Notes under the pieces: generated by a model
Seen by the model: the letters and a program-made list of their open reading frames with translations, nothing else
Databases searched by the model: none
What the model was told of the DNA's origin: nothing
From: Candidatus Levyibacteriota bacterium
GTDB taxonomy: Bacteria; Patescibacteriota; Microgenomatia; Levybacterales; UBA12049
NCBI GenBank assembly: GCA_963716145.1
Contig: OY970292.1
Span: 332,951 to 396,950, forward strand
Reading direction: 5' to 3'
Length of the DNA: 64,000 bases
Shown: positions 9,489-19,351 of the stretch, one piece after another
How positions within the stretch are numbered: the first letter of the stretch is position 1
How the letters are laid out: the number at the start of each line of letters is the position of its first letter
Program-made: the position numbers and the translations under genes

Positions 9489-9580
9489 ATTTTTATTATT
9501 TTATTATTTAATCTGTATCCATTATTGTCAGATCGTAAAGACCTTGTCAATAGAGTAAAAATAGAAAAAGATACGAATAA

Positions 9581-11056
9581 TTAAAGCTGAGTATGCACTA
9601 TTCCAAGGTTATCTTTTGTATCAGCTTTTTGTGTGGAATTAAACTTTTTCAATTCCTCTTCATTAAAAATTTTAAGCGAGAAAGTAAATTGCGATCCTTT
9701 TCCCGCCCCTTCGGATGATGCCCATATTTTACCTTTATGAAGGTCTATTATTGAACGACAGATATATAGACCAAGTCCTGTGCCGGATGCTGTTTGATTA
9801 ACTACATATGATTCAGGAAGCATCCCAAACTTCTGAAATAACTTTGCAATATTTTCTGAAGAAATTCCGGCACCGGTATCGCTAACTTTTATTTCTATAA
9901 AATCATCTTTTTGCGTGAAGGAGACTGTGATTGTACCGCCCGCAGGCGTAAATTTTAAAGAATTTCCGATAAGATTAAATAATACTTCTTTTATTTTGTC
10001 ACTGTCTGCAATAACCGGAGAAAGGAAATTAGCAGGCTGAATTATCACATTTACCCCAAGTTCAACCGCGCGGGGATGAACTTCATCAATCACTTCCAGG
10101 ACAATTTTATTTATATCAACTTTATGCATCTCGATAGTTAATCTGCCTGACTCAATACGTGAAATGTTCAGCATATCATTAACCAGTTTTATTAGACGGT
10201 CAACTGAACTATATGCTCTCTCAATATAAAGCTTCTGCTTATCATTCAAGATTCCTCCATCTCCTTGAAGAGTCATCCATAAATAGGATTTTATCGCAGT
10301 CATGGGAGTCCTCAGCTCATGCGAGGCCAAGGAAACGAACTCGTCTTTCAGCTTATCGAGCGCTTTTAATTTTTCGTTTGCCTCCTGTAGTTGATCATAT
10401 AAAAGAGCATTATCTATGGCTATTCCAATAACCTGCACCAACCTCTCTAAAAGATCTCGGATGTATTGTGATAAATCCTGCTCTTCCTCTCGAGCGCACA
10501 CAACCATCGCTCCGAGTAACTGACCTCGTACAATAAGAGGGTAAATAAATACGGATTTTATACCAGTGGCTTCCTGAATATTCATGGCATTATCTTCTGC
10601 TGTCTTGGAAAGAATAGAGTTTATTAACATATTGGATGACTTAATTTTTACTTCATTCACGGCCTGAGCAATAAGATTATCCGTTTCTTTTAATAAAATT
10701 TCAGTAACATAAGAATCCTGCGGAATATTAGTCACCTTATCCTCTTTTTTACTTGACTGAGAAATCCCAAGCCTTTTCAGTGCCCCTTTCTCCTGATCGT
10801 ACACGAAGATCGTTGTTATCGGAAAATCAACTTCATTGACCAGAAGCGAGGTGACTTGTTGGGCAATCTCATTTTGATTTGTAACTGAACTAAGAATAAT
10901 TTCATCAATTTTTCTAAGGAGCATAAGAGTCTTATTCCTTTCTGAAAGCTCGACGCTTTTCTTGTACATTTCCTGATTGATATGCACAAGCTCCTGAGGA
11001 AGATCGGCTTTATTGGTTGTCTCAAGACCCAGAATTTTTTTGAAAAGTGGCAGCAT
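9581..11056 (-). CDS. Cytoplasmic GAF-domain sensor histidine kinase
   Basis: HisKA H-box SHELRTPMTAIKSY. HATPase_c N/G boxes LIGNSLKFTPAGG and DTGAGI...GTGLGLYICRSII. No TM segments. A GAF-like region lies upstream. Confidence 0.8.
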   Translation of the reverse strand: MLPLFKKILGLETTNKADLPQELVHINQEMYKKSVELSERNKTLMLLRKIDEIILSSVTNQNEIAQQVTSLLVNEVDFPITTIFVYDQEKGALKRLGISQSSKKEDKVTNIPQDSYVTEILLKETDNLIAQAVNEVKIKSSNMLINSILSKTAEDNAMNIQEATGIKSVFIYPLIVRGQLLGAMVVCAREEEQDLSQYIRDLLERLVQVIGIAIDNALLYDQLQEANEKLKALDKLKDEFVSLASHELRTPMTAIKSYLWMTLQGDGGILNDKQKLYIERAYSSVDRLIKLVNDMLNISRIESGRLTIEMHKVDINKIVLEVIDEVHPRAVELGVNVIIQPANFLSPVIADSDKIKEVLFNLIGNSLKFTPAGGTITVSFTQKDDFIEIKVSDTGAGISSENIAKLFQKFGMLPESYVVNQTASGTGLGLYICRSIIDLHKGKIWASSEGAGKGSQFTFSLKIFNEEELKKFNSTQKADTKDNLGIVHTQL

Positions 11057-11110
11057 AAAATTTTATTCCATATTTACTTTATCAGATTTGGGGACAAAAT
11101 TACAAAAGCC

Positions 11111-11386
11111 TTATCTTAATATCTCCGGGAGTTGATCTTGAGAGAATTGAAGTTTGGTTTCCCGGACAGCTTCTCTACATACTTCAATTGACGCCTTGCC
11201 AAAAAGTTTGGCGTATTGTTCAACCAAATCTGTAAGCACGTTTTTGGCATCCCCTTTAATCTTCACGTCATTTAGATTCTCTATTTCAAGTCCGGAAACT
11301 TTTCTGGCTTGCTCCAAAGCAATAGGGCCTATTATTACTTCCTGATCCTTTATTATTTGACTTACTATTTGAGAATAGGGTTCCAT
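11111..11386 (-). CDS. Hypothetical small protein, 91 aa
   Basis: Compact ORF sitting between the kinase and the membrane protein. No recognisable motif. Confidence 0.4.
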   Translation of the reverse strand: MEPYSQIVSQIIKDQEVIIGPIALEQARKVSGLEIENLNDVKIKGDAKNVLTDLVEQYAKLFGKASIEVCREAVRETKLQFSQDQLPEILR

Positions 11387-11391
11387 ATTTG

Positions 11392-12219
11392 TTATCTGCT
11401 CACTCTTTTTTGCTCTTTTGTATCAAAATTGTTAACTCCAAATGCTATAAGCATCATTGCTGTTGGCAACAAAATGTCAACCCAGTGACCATTGTAATAA
11501 GTTCCAACAGTTGTTGTATAGGAAAACGAAAAGTCCGCCAAATAGAGGACAACAAATCCAAGAAGTGTACTTTTAATCGGAAGCTTGTAACGCCCGCCTA
11601 AATAGTCAAATGATAAACCATAGATGAGCAGAGCAAGCGTTAAGATCATCAAATCTCCGAGAGGATATGCAAGGTCAAAAAAGAGTTTTAAGCTTTCTTC
11701 ACCGAAGGGAATAGCTCCTCCCCTGGCTACAACAATAAGCATATAGTAAGAAGCGATAATAGCTAAAACCGGAATAACAAATAAAAGAATTTTTCCCCGG
11801 AAATGATTTAATGAAAAACGTGCACCGGTCGCTTTTGATAAACTAACAATACCAATTATCAAAAAGGGGAAAGACAGGCTATAACCTACATCTGCAAAAG
11901 ACGGGTAGGGAACTTCTACCTTACTTATTATATTATAATATATGGACCAAAACATTTGACCCACTCCCCATGAAGTGATACCAAGCGAAATAAAAAATAC
12001 CGCCTGCCCGACCTTACTCTTAAGTCCCCCCCATTGCCGGGACTTAATTATTCCTGAGACACCGCCGATAAGGGGAATTAAACCAAATGCAAACTGGTAC
12101 CAATAATTTGCTGGAGTTTCTTTAATGCCGCGGAAGTAAAAAGCCGAACCCCATATAAGAATCAGGCAATAGTAAAAGAAGATAATTTTTGACTCTTTAC
12201 TTATATTTGTTAAAGGCAT
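11392..12219 (-). CDS. Polytopic integral membrane protein, unknown function
   Basis: About 8 hydrophobic helices, Trp/Tyr-rich. No recognised catalytic motif. Confidence 0.5.
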   Translation of the reverse strand: MPLTNISKESKIIFFYYCLILIWGSAFYFRGIKETPANYWYQFAFGLIPLIGGVSGIIKSRQWGGLKSKVGQAVFFISLGITSWGVGQMFWSIYYNIISKVEVPYPSFADVGYSLSFPFLIIGIVSLSKATGARFSLNHFRGKILLFVIPVLAIIASYYMLIVVARGGAIPFGEESLKLFFDLAYPLGDLMILTLALLIYGLSFDYLGGRYKLPIKSTLLGFVVLYLADFSFSYTTTVGTYYNGHWVDILLPTAMMLIAFGVNNFDTKEQKRVSR

Positions 12220-12284
12220 AGATTGTGTCTAGCTATTATTAGTATGCGCCTCGCAAATTAAATGTCAAGTGCATATTTCACATA

Positions 12285-13793
12285 TTATCTAACTACCCAT
12301 ACAGTCTCCATTGAATTATCTCTTGCAGAAATATGTACGTTAGGATAGCTTTTTAGTTTTATGTAATACTCAACGATCTCTTTGGTAAATTCTTCACCTT
12401 TTATTGTTGTAGGTATTCCCGGAGGAAATGGCGTTATATACTCAGCAGCTATTCTCCCTACGGCTTTGCTCAATGGGACTCTCTCAATCTGATACATCAA
12501 TAATTTTGTGACATCACTTAACTCTAAAATTCTGGGAATATCGGTTGGAATTTTGAGATTAAATTTTGCTGCTATTTTTCCCCTCTTTGGAATTTGCACT
12601 ATTTGCTCAAAAGCATTTACTGTAACTTGAACGTCATTCAATGTCGCGCTGAATGGGACCAAAAGCAAAACTGTTCCTATATTGTATTCCTCTACGATGA
12701 TTTTATATTTTCTCTCAAGAAGTTTTGCTACTTCATACCCATTAAAGCCTGCTTTAGCAACATCCACAATAACCTTTGTTTCATCTCGTTCATAAACCGG
12801 AGGGTGCTCTCTCTTCAACTGAGCGGTACCAACAACCTCAAGTCCGTCTATGCGGCTTATTTCCTCGGCTAGGCGCTTGGCAACCATAAGCATGTGATCC
12901 AATTTCTTTTTACCTTTTTTCTCCATCATTTCTCGTGCGGCGTCCAGAGAAGCAAGAAGTATATATGATGGACTACTTGTTCCCAAACTTCGGAAAGAGT
13001 CCATCAGCAAGTCCGCGTTTATTTTGCCATCTTTCCAATGAATCATTCCCGATTGCTGAAGAGAACCTCCTTGTTTGTGAGTGCTTTGTACGCATATATC
13101 TGCTCCTGCGTTCATGGCTGATGTAGGCAATTTGTCTGAGAAATGCAAGTGAGAACCCCACGCCTCATCTACAAATACTATTAATTCCGGATATTTTTTC
13201 CGTATGGTGGAAATGATTTTTTTTAAGTTTACAGACATTCCCTCGTATGTGGGATTTATAAGAAGTAGGACTTGAGGTTTTGTTTTGGCAATTGCCTCAT
13301 ATATTTCCTTTTCCGCATTTGGAAGGAACAATTGACGCTTTTGATCAATATGAGGTTTAAGAAAAATGAGATTTATACCATAGTCTTCACAAGCTGCCAC
13401 TATAGATCTATGTACGTTTCTCCCCGCTAACACTCTAAGGTTGGGAATTTGCTTGCTTAATGCCCGTAAAACCATAAAATTACTGCCTGTTGTACCGTTT
13501 ACAGAAAAAAGAGTATGATCAGCTCCATAAGCTTTTGCCGCATGATCATAGATCCTTTTAAATATACCGGACGGTTCAGATGGATATCCCAATGATTCAT
13601 AAGAAATAGAAATATCACTTGCGTACGGATTTTTTACTCGCGAGGACAGCGAATCAATTGAAGGAGTGCACCAGCGGATTGCTTTGTGCGTTTTATGATT
13701 GAGGGCATGTGTTAGGTGAGATCTCGCAGGTCTTATTTTTGCTTTACCTATATTTAGTGAAACTGCGGATAATAAATTTTTTTTAATTATCAT
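12285..13793 (-). CDS. PLP-dependent Orn/Lys/Arg decarboxylase, fold I (SpeA-like, Bacillus type)
   Basis: STHKQGGSLQQSGM carries the PLP-lysine motif SxHK of the OKR_DC_1 family. About 500 aa. Confidence 0.7.
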   Translation of the reverse strand: MIIKKNLLSAVSLNIGKAKIRPARSHLTHALNHKTHKAIRWCTPSIDSLSSRVKNPYASDISISYESLGYPSEPSGIFKRIYDHAAKAYGADHTLFSVNGTTGSNFMVLRALSKQIPNLRVLAGRNVHRSIVAACEDYGINLIFLKPHIDQKRQLFLPNAEKEIYEAIAKTKPQVLLLINPTYEGMSVNLKKIISTIRKKYPELIVFVDEAWGSHLHFSDKLPTSAMNAGADICVQSTHKQGGSLQQSGMIHWKDGKINADLLMDSFRSLGTSSPSYILLASLDAAREMMEKKGKKKLDHMLMVAKRLAEEISRIDGLEVVGTAQLKREHPPVYERDETKVIVDVAKAGFNGYEVAKLLERKYKIIVEEYNIGTVLLLVPFSATLNDVQVTVNAFEQIVQIPKRGKIAAKFNLKIPTDIPRILELSDVTKLLMYQIERVPLSKAVGRIAAEYITPFPPGIPTTIKGEEFTKEIVEYYIKLKSYPNVHISARDNSMETVWVVR

Positions 13794-13874
13794 TTGCTTT
13801 TAATAGTTACTTCATAATTAACATACCGGGATTGTGTTAACTTAGTGATAAAAATATAATACCAAAGATAATAA

Positions 13875-14765
13875 TTAGGCCCCAATAGTCTGAATAATAG
13901 CTAATTTTTCTTTCAGAAAAATACGCGCAAGTATTATTGTAGGTAAAGAAGACGCTCCGCTAAGAATGGCAACAACGCTTGTAAACGATGTGCTTGCATA
14001 TCCCAAGCTTATAGCTAAATAGGCAACGGCTTCACCTAACCCAATAAGCCATAAAAATTTCCACGCCCCCGGTTTAATATCTGTTAGATCTACTTTATGG
14101 AATCTTGAGATTATATAAGCAGCAATTGTCATAAATATAAACATCAAAAGCGAGTATATGGTCCAGTCTTTTCCTCCAGAAAAATTGTCCCAACCTAATG
14201 TCCATACTGTAGCAAGTGCTGTAGCTATTGCGATCTCCTTGACTCCTGGTGTGCCAACGATACGAATGCGTTTGGAACGCCACGCTGTGAGATCAAGATT
14301 AAGAAGTAGTACACCGCTAAAAATTAAGATCAATGCCGGCACTAAATTGGCTTTCAGCGTTTCTCCAAATACTAAAACCGATAATAATGCTACCCAACCG
14401 GTAAAAGAAGCAAAGATTGGGCTTAAAATCGCAACTTTTCCCTTTTCAAAGCCTTCGTAGCCAAAAAAATAAACAACTGCTTGGAGGCTTCCAAAAAAAA
14501 TAAGCCCTAGCCATTCCTGCAGGCTGGTGGGTAATGTAATAGAATTTTTAAATATGTATATATTGCCTAAAACTATAAAAAAAAGAATTATCGAACCAAG
14601 TACATGAGCCCATACCAAGCTAGAAATGGTTCCAATTTTATCAACTGCTTTTTTTGTTGCAAATTCCGAAAAACCCCAACCAAACATTCCTCCAACCCCG
14701 GCCGTAATTGCAATCAGTAATTCGTTCTGCATATTAATATTATGGGTACTTAAATACTCTGACAA
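13875..14765 (-). CDS. EamA/DMT-family transporter (10 TM)
   Basis: Two EamA-like halves with hydrophobic helices throughout. Confidence 0.65.
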   Translation of the reverse strand: MSEYLSTHNINMQNELLIAITAGVGGMFGWGFSEFATKKAVDKIGTISSLVWAHVLGSIILFFIVLGNIYIFKNSITLPTSLQEWLGLIFFGSLQAVVYFFGYEGFEKGKVAILSPIFASFTGWVALLSVLVFGETLKANLVPALILIFSGVLLLNLDLTAWRSKRIRIVGTPGVKEIAIATALATVWTLGWDNFSGGKDWTIYSLLMFIFMTIAAYIISRFHKVDLTDIKPGAWKFLWLIGLGEAVAYLAISLGYASTSFTSVVAILSGASSLPTIILARIFLKEKLAIIQTIGA

Positions 14766-14847
14766 TTTTCCTGAATAAATGCAAGAGGCATTTGTACTGA
14801 AATCTTAAGTTGACTTAAACCATCTTTTTGCCATACTATGGTAGTAT

Positions 14848-15231
14848 ATGGTTCAAAAAATTCTTGTGGTTGATGACGATCTGTTTATTAGGGAAATTTA
14901 CATTGAGGTTCTTAAAAACGAAGGGTACGAAGTTGATTGGGCTATAAATGGGGAAGAAGGATTTGAGAAATTGCAAAAGGGAGGATATTCGTTAACGCTG
15001 CTTGATTTAATGATGCCCAAATTGGACGGATTGGGAGTATTGAGCGCTCTTTTAACAAATCCGCCCAAAGCAAAAAACGGCCCAATTATTATGCTTACAA
15101 ATAGTGGCCCGGACTATCTTGTGGAGGAGGGTCTTAAAAAAGGCGCAGCTTCATTTCTCGTCAAAGCAGATCTTAATCCTGACCAATTGCTGGAAAAGGT
15201 TAAAAACTTTTTAGAGACTGCAAGACAATAA
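14848..15231 (+). CDS. Single-domain response regulator, receiver only (CheY/PilH-like)
   Basis: ILVVDDD...LLDLMMPKLDG: acidic pocket, phospho-acceptor Asp and a downstream K. No output domain. Confidence 0.8.
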   Translation: MVQKILVVDDDLFIREIYIEVLKNEGYEVDWAINGEEGFEKLQKGGYSLTLLDLMMPKLDGLGVLSALLTNPPKAKNGPIIMLTNSGPDYLVEEGLKKGAASFLVKADLNPDQLLEKVKNFLETARQ

Positions 15232-15233
15232 GA

Positions 15234-16436
15234 CTACTTGATAGAAGAAATCAGGCCATAAATCGGAGTAATTATTGAGAAGATCAAGAACCCCACCCCA
15301 ACTGCCAAGAGAACTATGATAGCAGGCTCAAGAAGTGTAGTAAGATTTTTAACTGTCTGGTCTACTTCACGCTCAAAATATTCTGAAGAGTGAATTAAAG
15401 ACTCATCAAGCTTTCCTGTCTGCTCACCAATTTTTACCATTTCAACAACCATGGGAGGGAATAGGGGAGATGCAGCCATTGCGTTACCCATAGTTATTCC
15501 TTTTTCCACTCTTTCTGAAATCAACACTATCGCATCTTTATAAAGAACATTCCCAACCACATCAGAACTCTTTATTAATGAATCCACAACCAAAGAACCG
15601 GCACCTATTAAAAGCCCAAGGGTCCTAGTAAATTCTGCCATCATTGTATACATTATTAATCTCCCAAAAAGGGGAATTTTTAAAATAAGTCCATCTACAA
15701 TAAACCGACCGGACTTTGTTTTATACCATTTTCTGAAATAGTAAACACCGCCAATTATACCAATAATTATTATATACCAACTATTAACCATAAATGTAGA
15801 AATAGCCAATACTATTTTTGTGGATAAAGGCAAAGGCAAATTAATACTAGTATAAAGAGAAGTAAGCTGGGGCATAACAAAAATCATCATAATTATGATA
15901 ACTAGAATCATTATTGTGACCACAATTAGCGGATACATTAATGCTCCTTTTATTGTTCTTTGAAGCTTGTCTTGTTTTTCCAAATTATCAGAAAGCCTAA
16001 GAAGCACCTTGTCCAAAAGTCCTGAAGATTCTGAGGTCCGGATAAGTGATACATAAATTGGCGGGAACAAATCCGGATATTTTTGCAGCGTTTCGGAAAA
16101 TACTTTACCGCTCTCAACTCCGGTAATAATATTCTGCACCACTTCTGCCATAGTAGAATTTTGGATTTGATTCCTAACAATCTCCAAAGCCTGCATAAGC
16201 GTCAAGCCTGATGAAAGCATGCTTGCAACTTGCCTGGTAAAAAAAATGCGGTCTTGAAGCTTGGGCTTATTTAAGAAATTAAATCTTGCAAAACCTCTTT
16301 TAGCGGCAGGAATAATTTTGATGGGAACCAGACTGTGGCCTCTTAAATATTTGGCTACTTCTCGGGCATCTTTAGCATCAATTAGACCCCGGACAACATT
16401 GCCATCCGGAGAAATAGCATGGTAGTATAATTTCAT
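15234..16436 (-). CDS. pilC: Type IV pilus inner-membrane platform protein PilC (GspF family)
   Basis: Two T2SSF repeats (…LSSGLTLMQALEIV… / …RTLGLLIGAGSLVVDSL…). 400 aa, 3 TM. Confidence 0.85.
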   Translation of the reverse strand: MKLYYHAISPDGNVVRGLIDAKDAREVAKYLRGHSLVPIKIIPAAKRGFARFNFLNKPKLQDRIFFTRQVASMLSSGLTLMQALEIVRNQIQNSTMAEVVQNIITGVESGKVFSETLQKYPDLFPPIYVSLIRTSESSGLLDKVLLRLSDNLEKQDKLQRTIKGALMYPLIVVTIMILVIIIMMIFVMPQLTSLYTSINLPLPLSTKIVLAISTFMVNSWYIIIIGIIGGVYYFRKWYKTKSGRFIVDGLILKIPLFGRLIMYTMMAEFTRTLGLLIGAGSLVVDSLIKSSDVVGNVLYKDAIVLISERVEKGITMGNAMAASPLFPPMVVEMVKIGEQTGKLDESLIHSSEYFEREVDQTVKNLTTLLEPAIIVLLAVGVGFLIFSIITPIYGLISSIK

Positions 16437-16439
16437 ATC

Positions 16440-17506
16440 TTACCCTATTAACCTCAACAACTCTCCCTCCCGTAAGGTGTAAGATTTGGCATTTTCAAGG
16501 GAAATTGTGCCGGTTCGCACAAGAGCCGCAAGAGATTCATCAAGAGTCGCCATACCCATATCTTTGGAGGTTTGGATAACAGAATCAATAAGGTGTGATT
16601 TTCCATCTCTTATATTGCTGGCAACTGCGGAGGTTCCCAGCATTATTTCAACAGCTGGAATTCTTCCTCCTCCAATCTTTGGCAAAAGTCTCTGGGAAAT
16701 AATTCCTTTAAGCGTTGCCGCAAGCTGAATCCTGACTTGAGACCTCTGATCCGAAGGAAATGAATCAACTATACGGTCTATGCTTTGAGCTGCGGAATTT
16801 GTGTGAAGGGTTGAGAAAACCAAGTGACCGGTTTCGGCAAGTGTAATAGCAGCCTGCATTGTCTCAGGATCCCGCATTTCTCCAACCAAAACAACATCAG
16901 GATCTTCCCGAAGAGATGATCTCAAGGCCAAACTCCAAGAGTGCGTATCTGTTCCCATTTCCCTTTGCGAGATAATACTACTGCCTTTTGGATAAACGAA
17001 CTCAATCGGGTCTTCAATCGTCAGAATATGTTCAGATCTGGTCATATTTATTTCATTTAAAATTGCTGCGAGCGTAGTTGATTTTCCATGCCCGGTGGGC
17101 CTGCGACAATAACAAAACCTTGTCTTAATCCCGAAAAAGTGTGGCAAATTTTAGGAAGACCCAGTTGCTCAATTGAACGGACACTAGGAGTTAAAAAACG
17201 CATTACCGCTGACACGGTTCCCCGCTGAAAATAAGCGTTCACCCTAAATCTTCCCAACTCCTCATCAGGAATTTCTGAAAAGCTAAATGAAAAATCCAGC
17301 TCTTTATTTGTCAGAAAAAGTTCTTTTTGTTCAGGGGTCAAAAGCGAAAAAACCATTGTCTCGATCTCAGCCGCTTTTAGCAAGGAGCTCGTTGTGAGAG
17401 TACGAAGCACTCCGTCAATACGGAAAGTCGGCGCAATACCAACCATCAAATGAAGATCCGATGCTTTATTTTTAACTGTAAGCGATAGCAATTCTTTAAT
17501 ATCCAT
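16440..17506 (-). CDS. pilT: Twitching-motility retraction ATPase PilT. The reading frame is interrupted by a 1-nt deletion at the Walker A box near 17090-17100. The ORF-track pieces 17057..17506 and 16440..17147 are one gene.
   Basis: N-terminus MDIKELLSLTVKNKASDLHLMVGIAPTFRIDGVLR. The expected VIVAGPTGHGKSTT reads as VIVAGPPGMENQ in frame 1 and PTGHGKSTTLAAILNEIN in frame 3. The rest is the canonical PilT C-terminus (…GHLVFSTLHTNSAAQSIDRIVD…). Confidence 0.8.
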
Positions 17507-17576
17507 ATTTAGTTTATGGCCAATCGCTTATAGCTTATGGGAACTATTTGCCATACGCTATTTGCTATACGCCAAT

Positions 17577-19322
17577 TTATTCCTGCGCAACGCGCAGCAC
17601 TTCTTCAATCGTAGTTTCTCCATGGACAACTTTCAAGTATCCATCTTGTTTTAAAGTAATCATACCTTCAGCAATTGCCTGTTTTTCAATACTTAGATTA
17701 TCCGCTTGGGTAATAATTAAATGCGATATTTTTTCACTTGCGGGCATCACTTCATATATTCCAATCCTCCCAATATATCCCAAATTTGAGCATCGATCGC
17801 ATCCTTTACCTCGATACAATTTTATTTCATCTTTTTCGCTTAATAGATTTCCCAAAACGCCTTTTATTTCAGCGATTAGAGCACTCGGCGGGGAAAACTC
17901 CACTTTGCATTCATTACATATCTTGCGCACTATCCTTTGGGCCGCAATTGCGTTTACGGTTGAGGCAAGCAAAAATGACTCAGCTCCTAAATCCATGAGT
18001 CGGGGAAGCGCACCTGCAGCATTTGAGGTGTGAAGAGTTGAGAAAACCAAATGGCCCGTGAGAGCGGCTTGAATTGCCAAATCAGTTGTCTCTTTATCTC
18101 TAATTTCCCCGACCAAAATAATATTGGGGTCTTGTCTCAAGAAAGCGCGAAGCCCTGATGCGAAAGTCAATCCAACTGCTGGATTTATTTGTACTTGATT
18201 AACTCCCGCAATCTCATATTCAACCGGGTCTTCAAGTGAGGCGATATTAACCTTTGTGCTATTGAGGCGGGACAAAATAGAGTAAAGTGTCGTTGTTTTA
18301 CCGCTTCCTGTCGGTCCGCAGACCAAAATAATGCCATGCGCTCGTAGAGTTGCTGTCTCCAAGTTCTTCAAAGAATTTCCGATCAAACCAAGCTCTTGAA
18401 GAGTTGGTACTCCTCCTGATTTTCTAAGAAGCCTCATTACAATCTTTTCTCCCCTTACTGTTGGTATGGTCGAGACACGTAGGTCCACCTCATCTGATCC
18501 AACTTTAAAATTCAATCTGCCGTCTTGCGGAATTCTCCTCTCATCTATCTTAAGTTCTGCTAAGATCTTTATTCTTGAGATAAGCTGCTCTTCAACATTT
18601 CTTGGAAGACTCAATTTATCATACAAAATGCCGTCAATTCTATAACGCACACGAACCCGGTCTTCCTGAGGTTCAATGTGTACATCCGATGCTCTTGATG
18701 TAACCGCGAATTCAAGAATTGTTGACACTATCTTGGCAATCGGTGCATCATTTATAATTTGCGCAATTTGCTTGCTGTCAACTGTGTGTTTTGTAGTAAA
18801 TTCCTCAGTCTCTTTAATAGCTTCATTTACTTCTCCGACAAGACCTTGTTTATATTGCAGATCAATAGCTTTTTTTACTTCTTCTGGATCGGCAGCGAAT
18901 GCTTTAATATCGTATCCTGTTTTTTGTCTTACAAAAGCAACTGAGTCCAAATCCAAGGGATTTCCCATCGCAATTGATAGCACTTTGTTTTTGTCATCAT
19001 ATAAAAAGGGGATCAAGGAGAGCCTCTCTACAACTCCCTGAGGAAGAAGCCCTAAAGCCTGAGGAGAAAAGGAAACTGTTGTAAGATCTACATAATCAAT
19101 TCCCACCAATCTTGCAACAGCCCGAGCAATTTTATCATTGGAAACTATTTTCAAATCTTTTATGATTTCAGTTGGAGATTTACCCGTGGATGCGCTTTTT
19201 ACCTGAATATCATCATATTGCTCTTTACTAAGTTGTCCATCAGCATATAAGATGTCTACTGCGGATTTTGCGTCATCCAGTTGAGACTGGTTTGATTGCG
19301 GTATTTGGATCGTATCGGGCAT
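17577..19322 (-). CDS. pilB: Type IV pilus assembly (extension) ATPase PilB (GspE family)
   Basis: T2SSE_N domain. Walker A GPTGSGKTTTLYS. Asp/His boxes. Tetracysteine CNECKVEF...CDRCSNLGYIGRIGIYE. Confidence 0.85.
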   Translation of the reverse strand: MPDTIQIPQSNQSQLDDAKSAVDILYADGQLSKEQYDDIQVKSASTGKSPTEIIKDLKIVSNDKIARAVARLVGIDYVDLTTVSFSPQALGLLPQGVVERLSLIPFLYDDKNKVLSIAMGNPLDLDSVAFVRQKTGYDIKAFAADPEEVKKAIDLQYKQGLVGEVNEAIKETEEFTTKHTVDSKQIAQIINDAPIAKIVSTILEFAVTSRASDVHIEPQEDRVRVRYRIDGILYDKLSLPRNVEEQLISRIKILAELKIDERRIPQDGRLNFKVGSDEVDLRVSTIPTVRGEKIVMRLLRKSGGVPTLQELGLIGNSLKNLETATLRAHGIILVCGPTGSGKTTTLYSILSRLNSTKVNIASLEDPVEYEIAGVNQVQINPAVGLTFASGLRAFLRQDPNIILVGEIRDKETTDLAIQAALTGHLVFSTLHTSNAAGALPRLMDLGAESFLLASTVNAIAAQRIVRKICNECKVEFSPPSALIAEIKGVLGNLLSEKDEIKLYRGKGCDRCSNLGYIGRIGIYEVMPASEKISHLIITQADNLSIEKQAIAEGMITLKQDGYLKVVHGETTIEEVLRVAQE

Positions 19323-19351
19323 TAATATTAGTGTATAATAAACACAAATTT

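Larger units (their letters stand above)
8462..9490. repeat. Tandem direct duplication (~460-bp unit, ~555-bp period) containing the two major pilin genes
   Basis: The DNA of 8469-8924 and 9024-9488 is nearly identical when read side by side. Confidence 0.7.

Noticed and set aside
17548-19041. Plus-strand ORFs 17548..18033, 17738..17998, 18676..19041 and 18759..18944
   Set aside because: All are embedded antisense in pilB, which has unambiguous Walker A/B and tetracysteine motifs on the minus strand.
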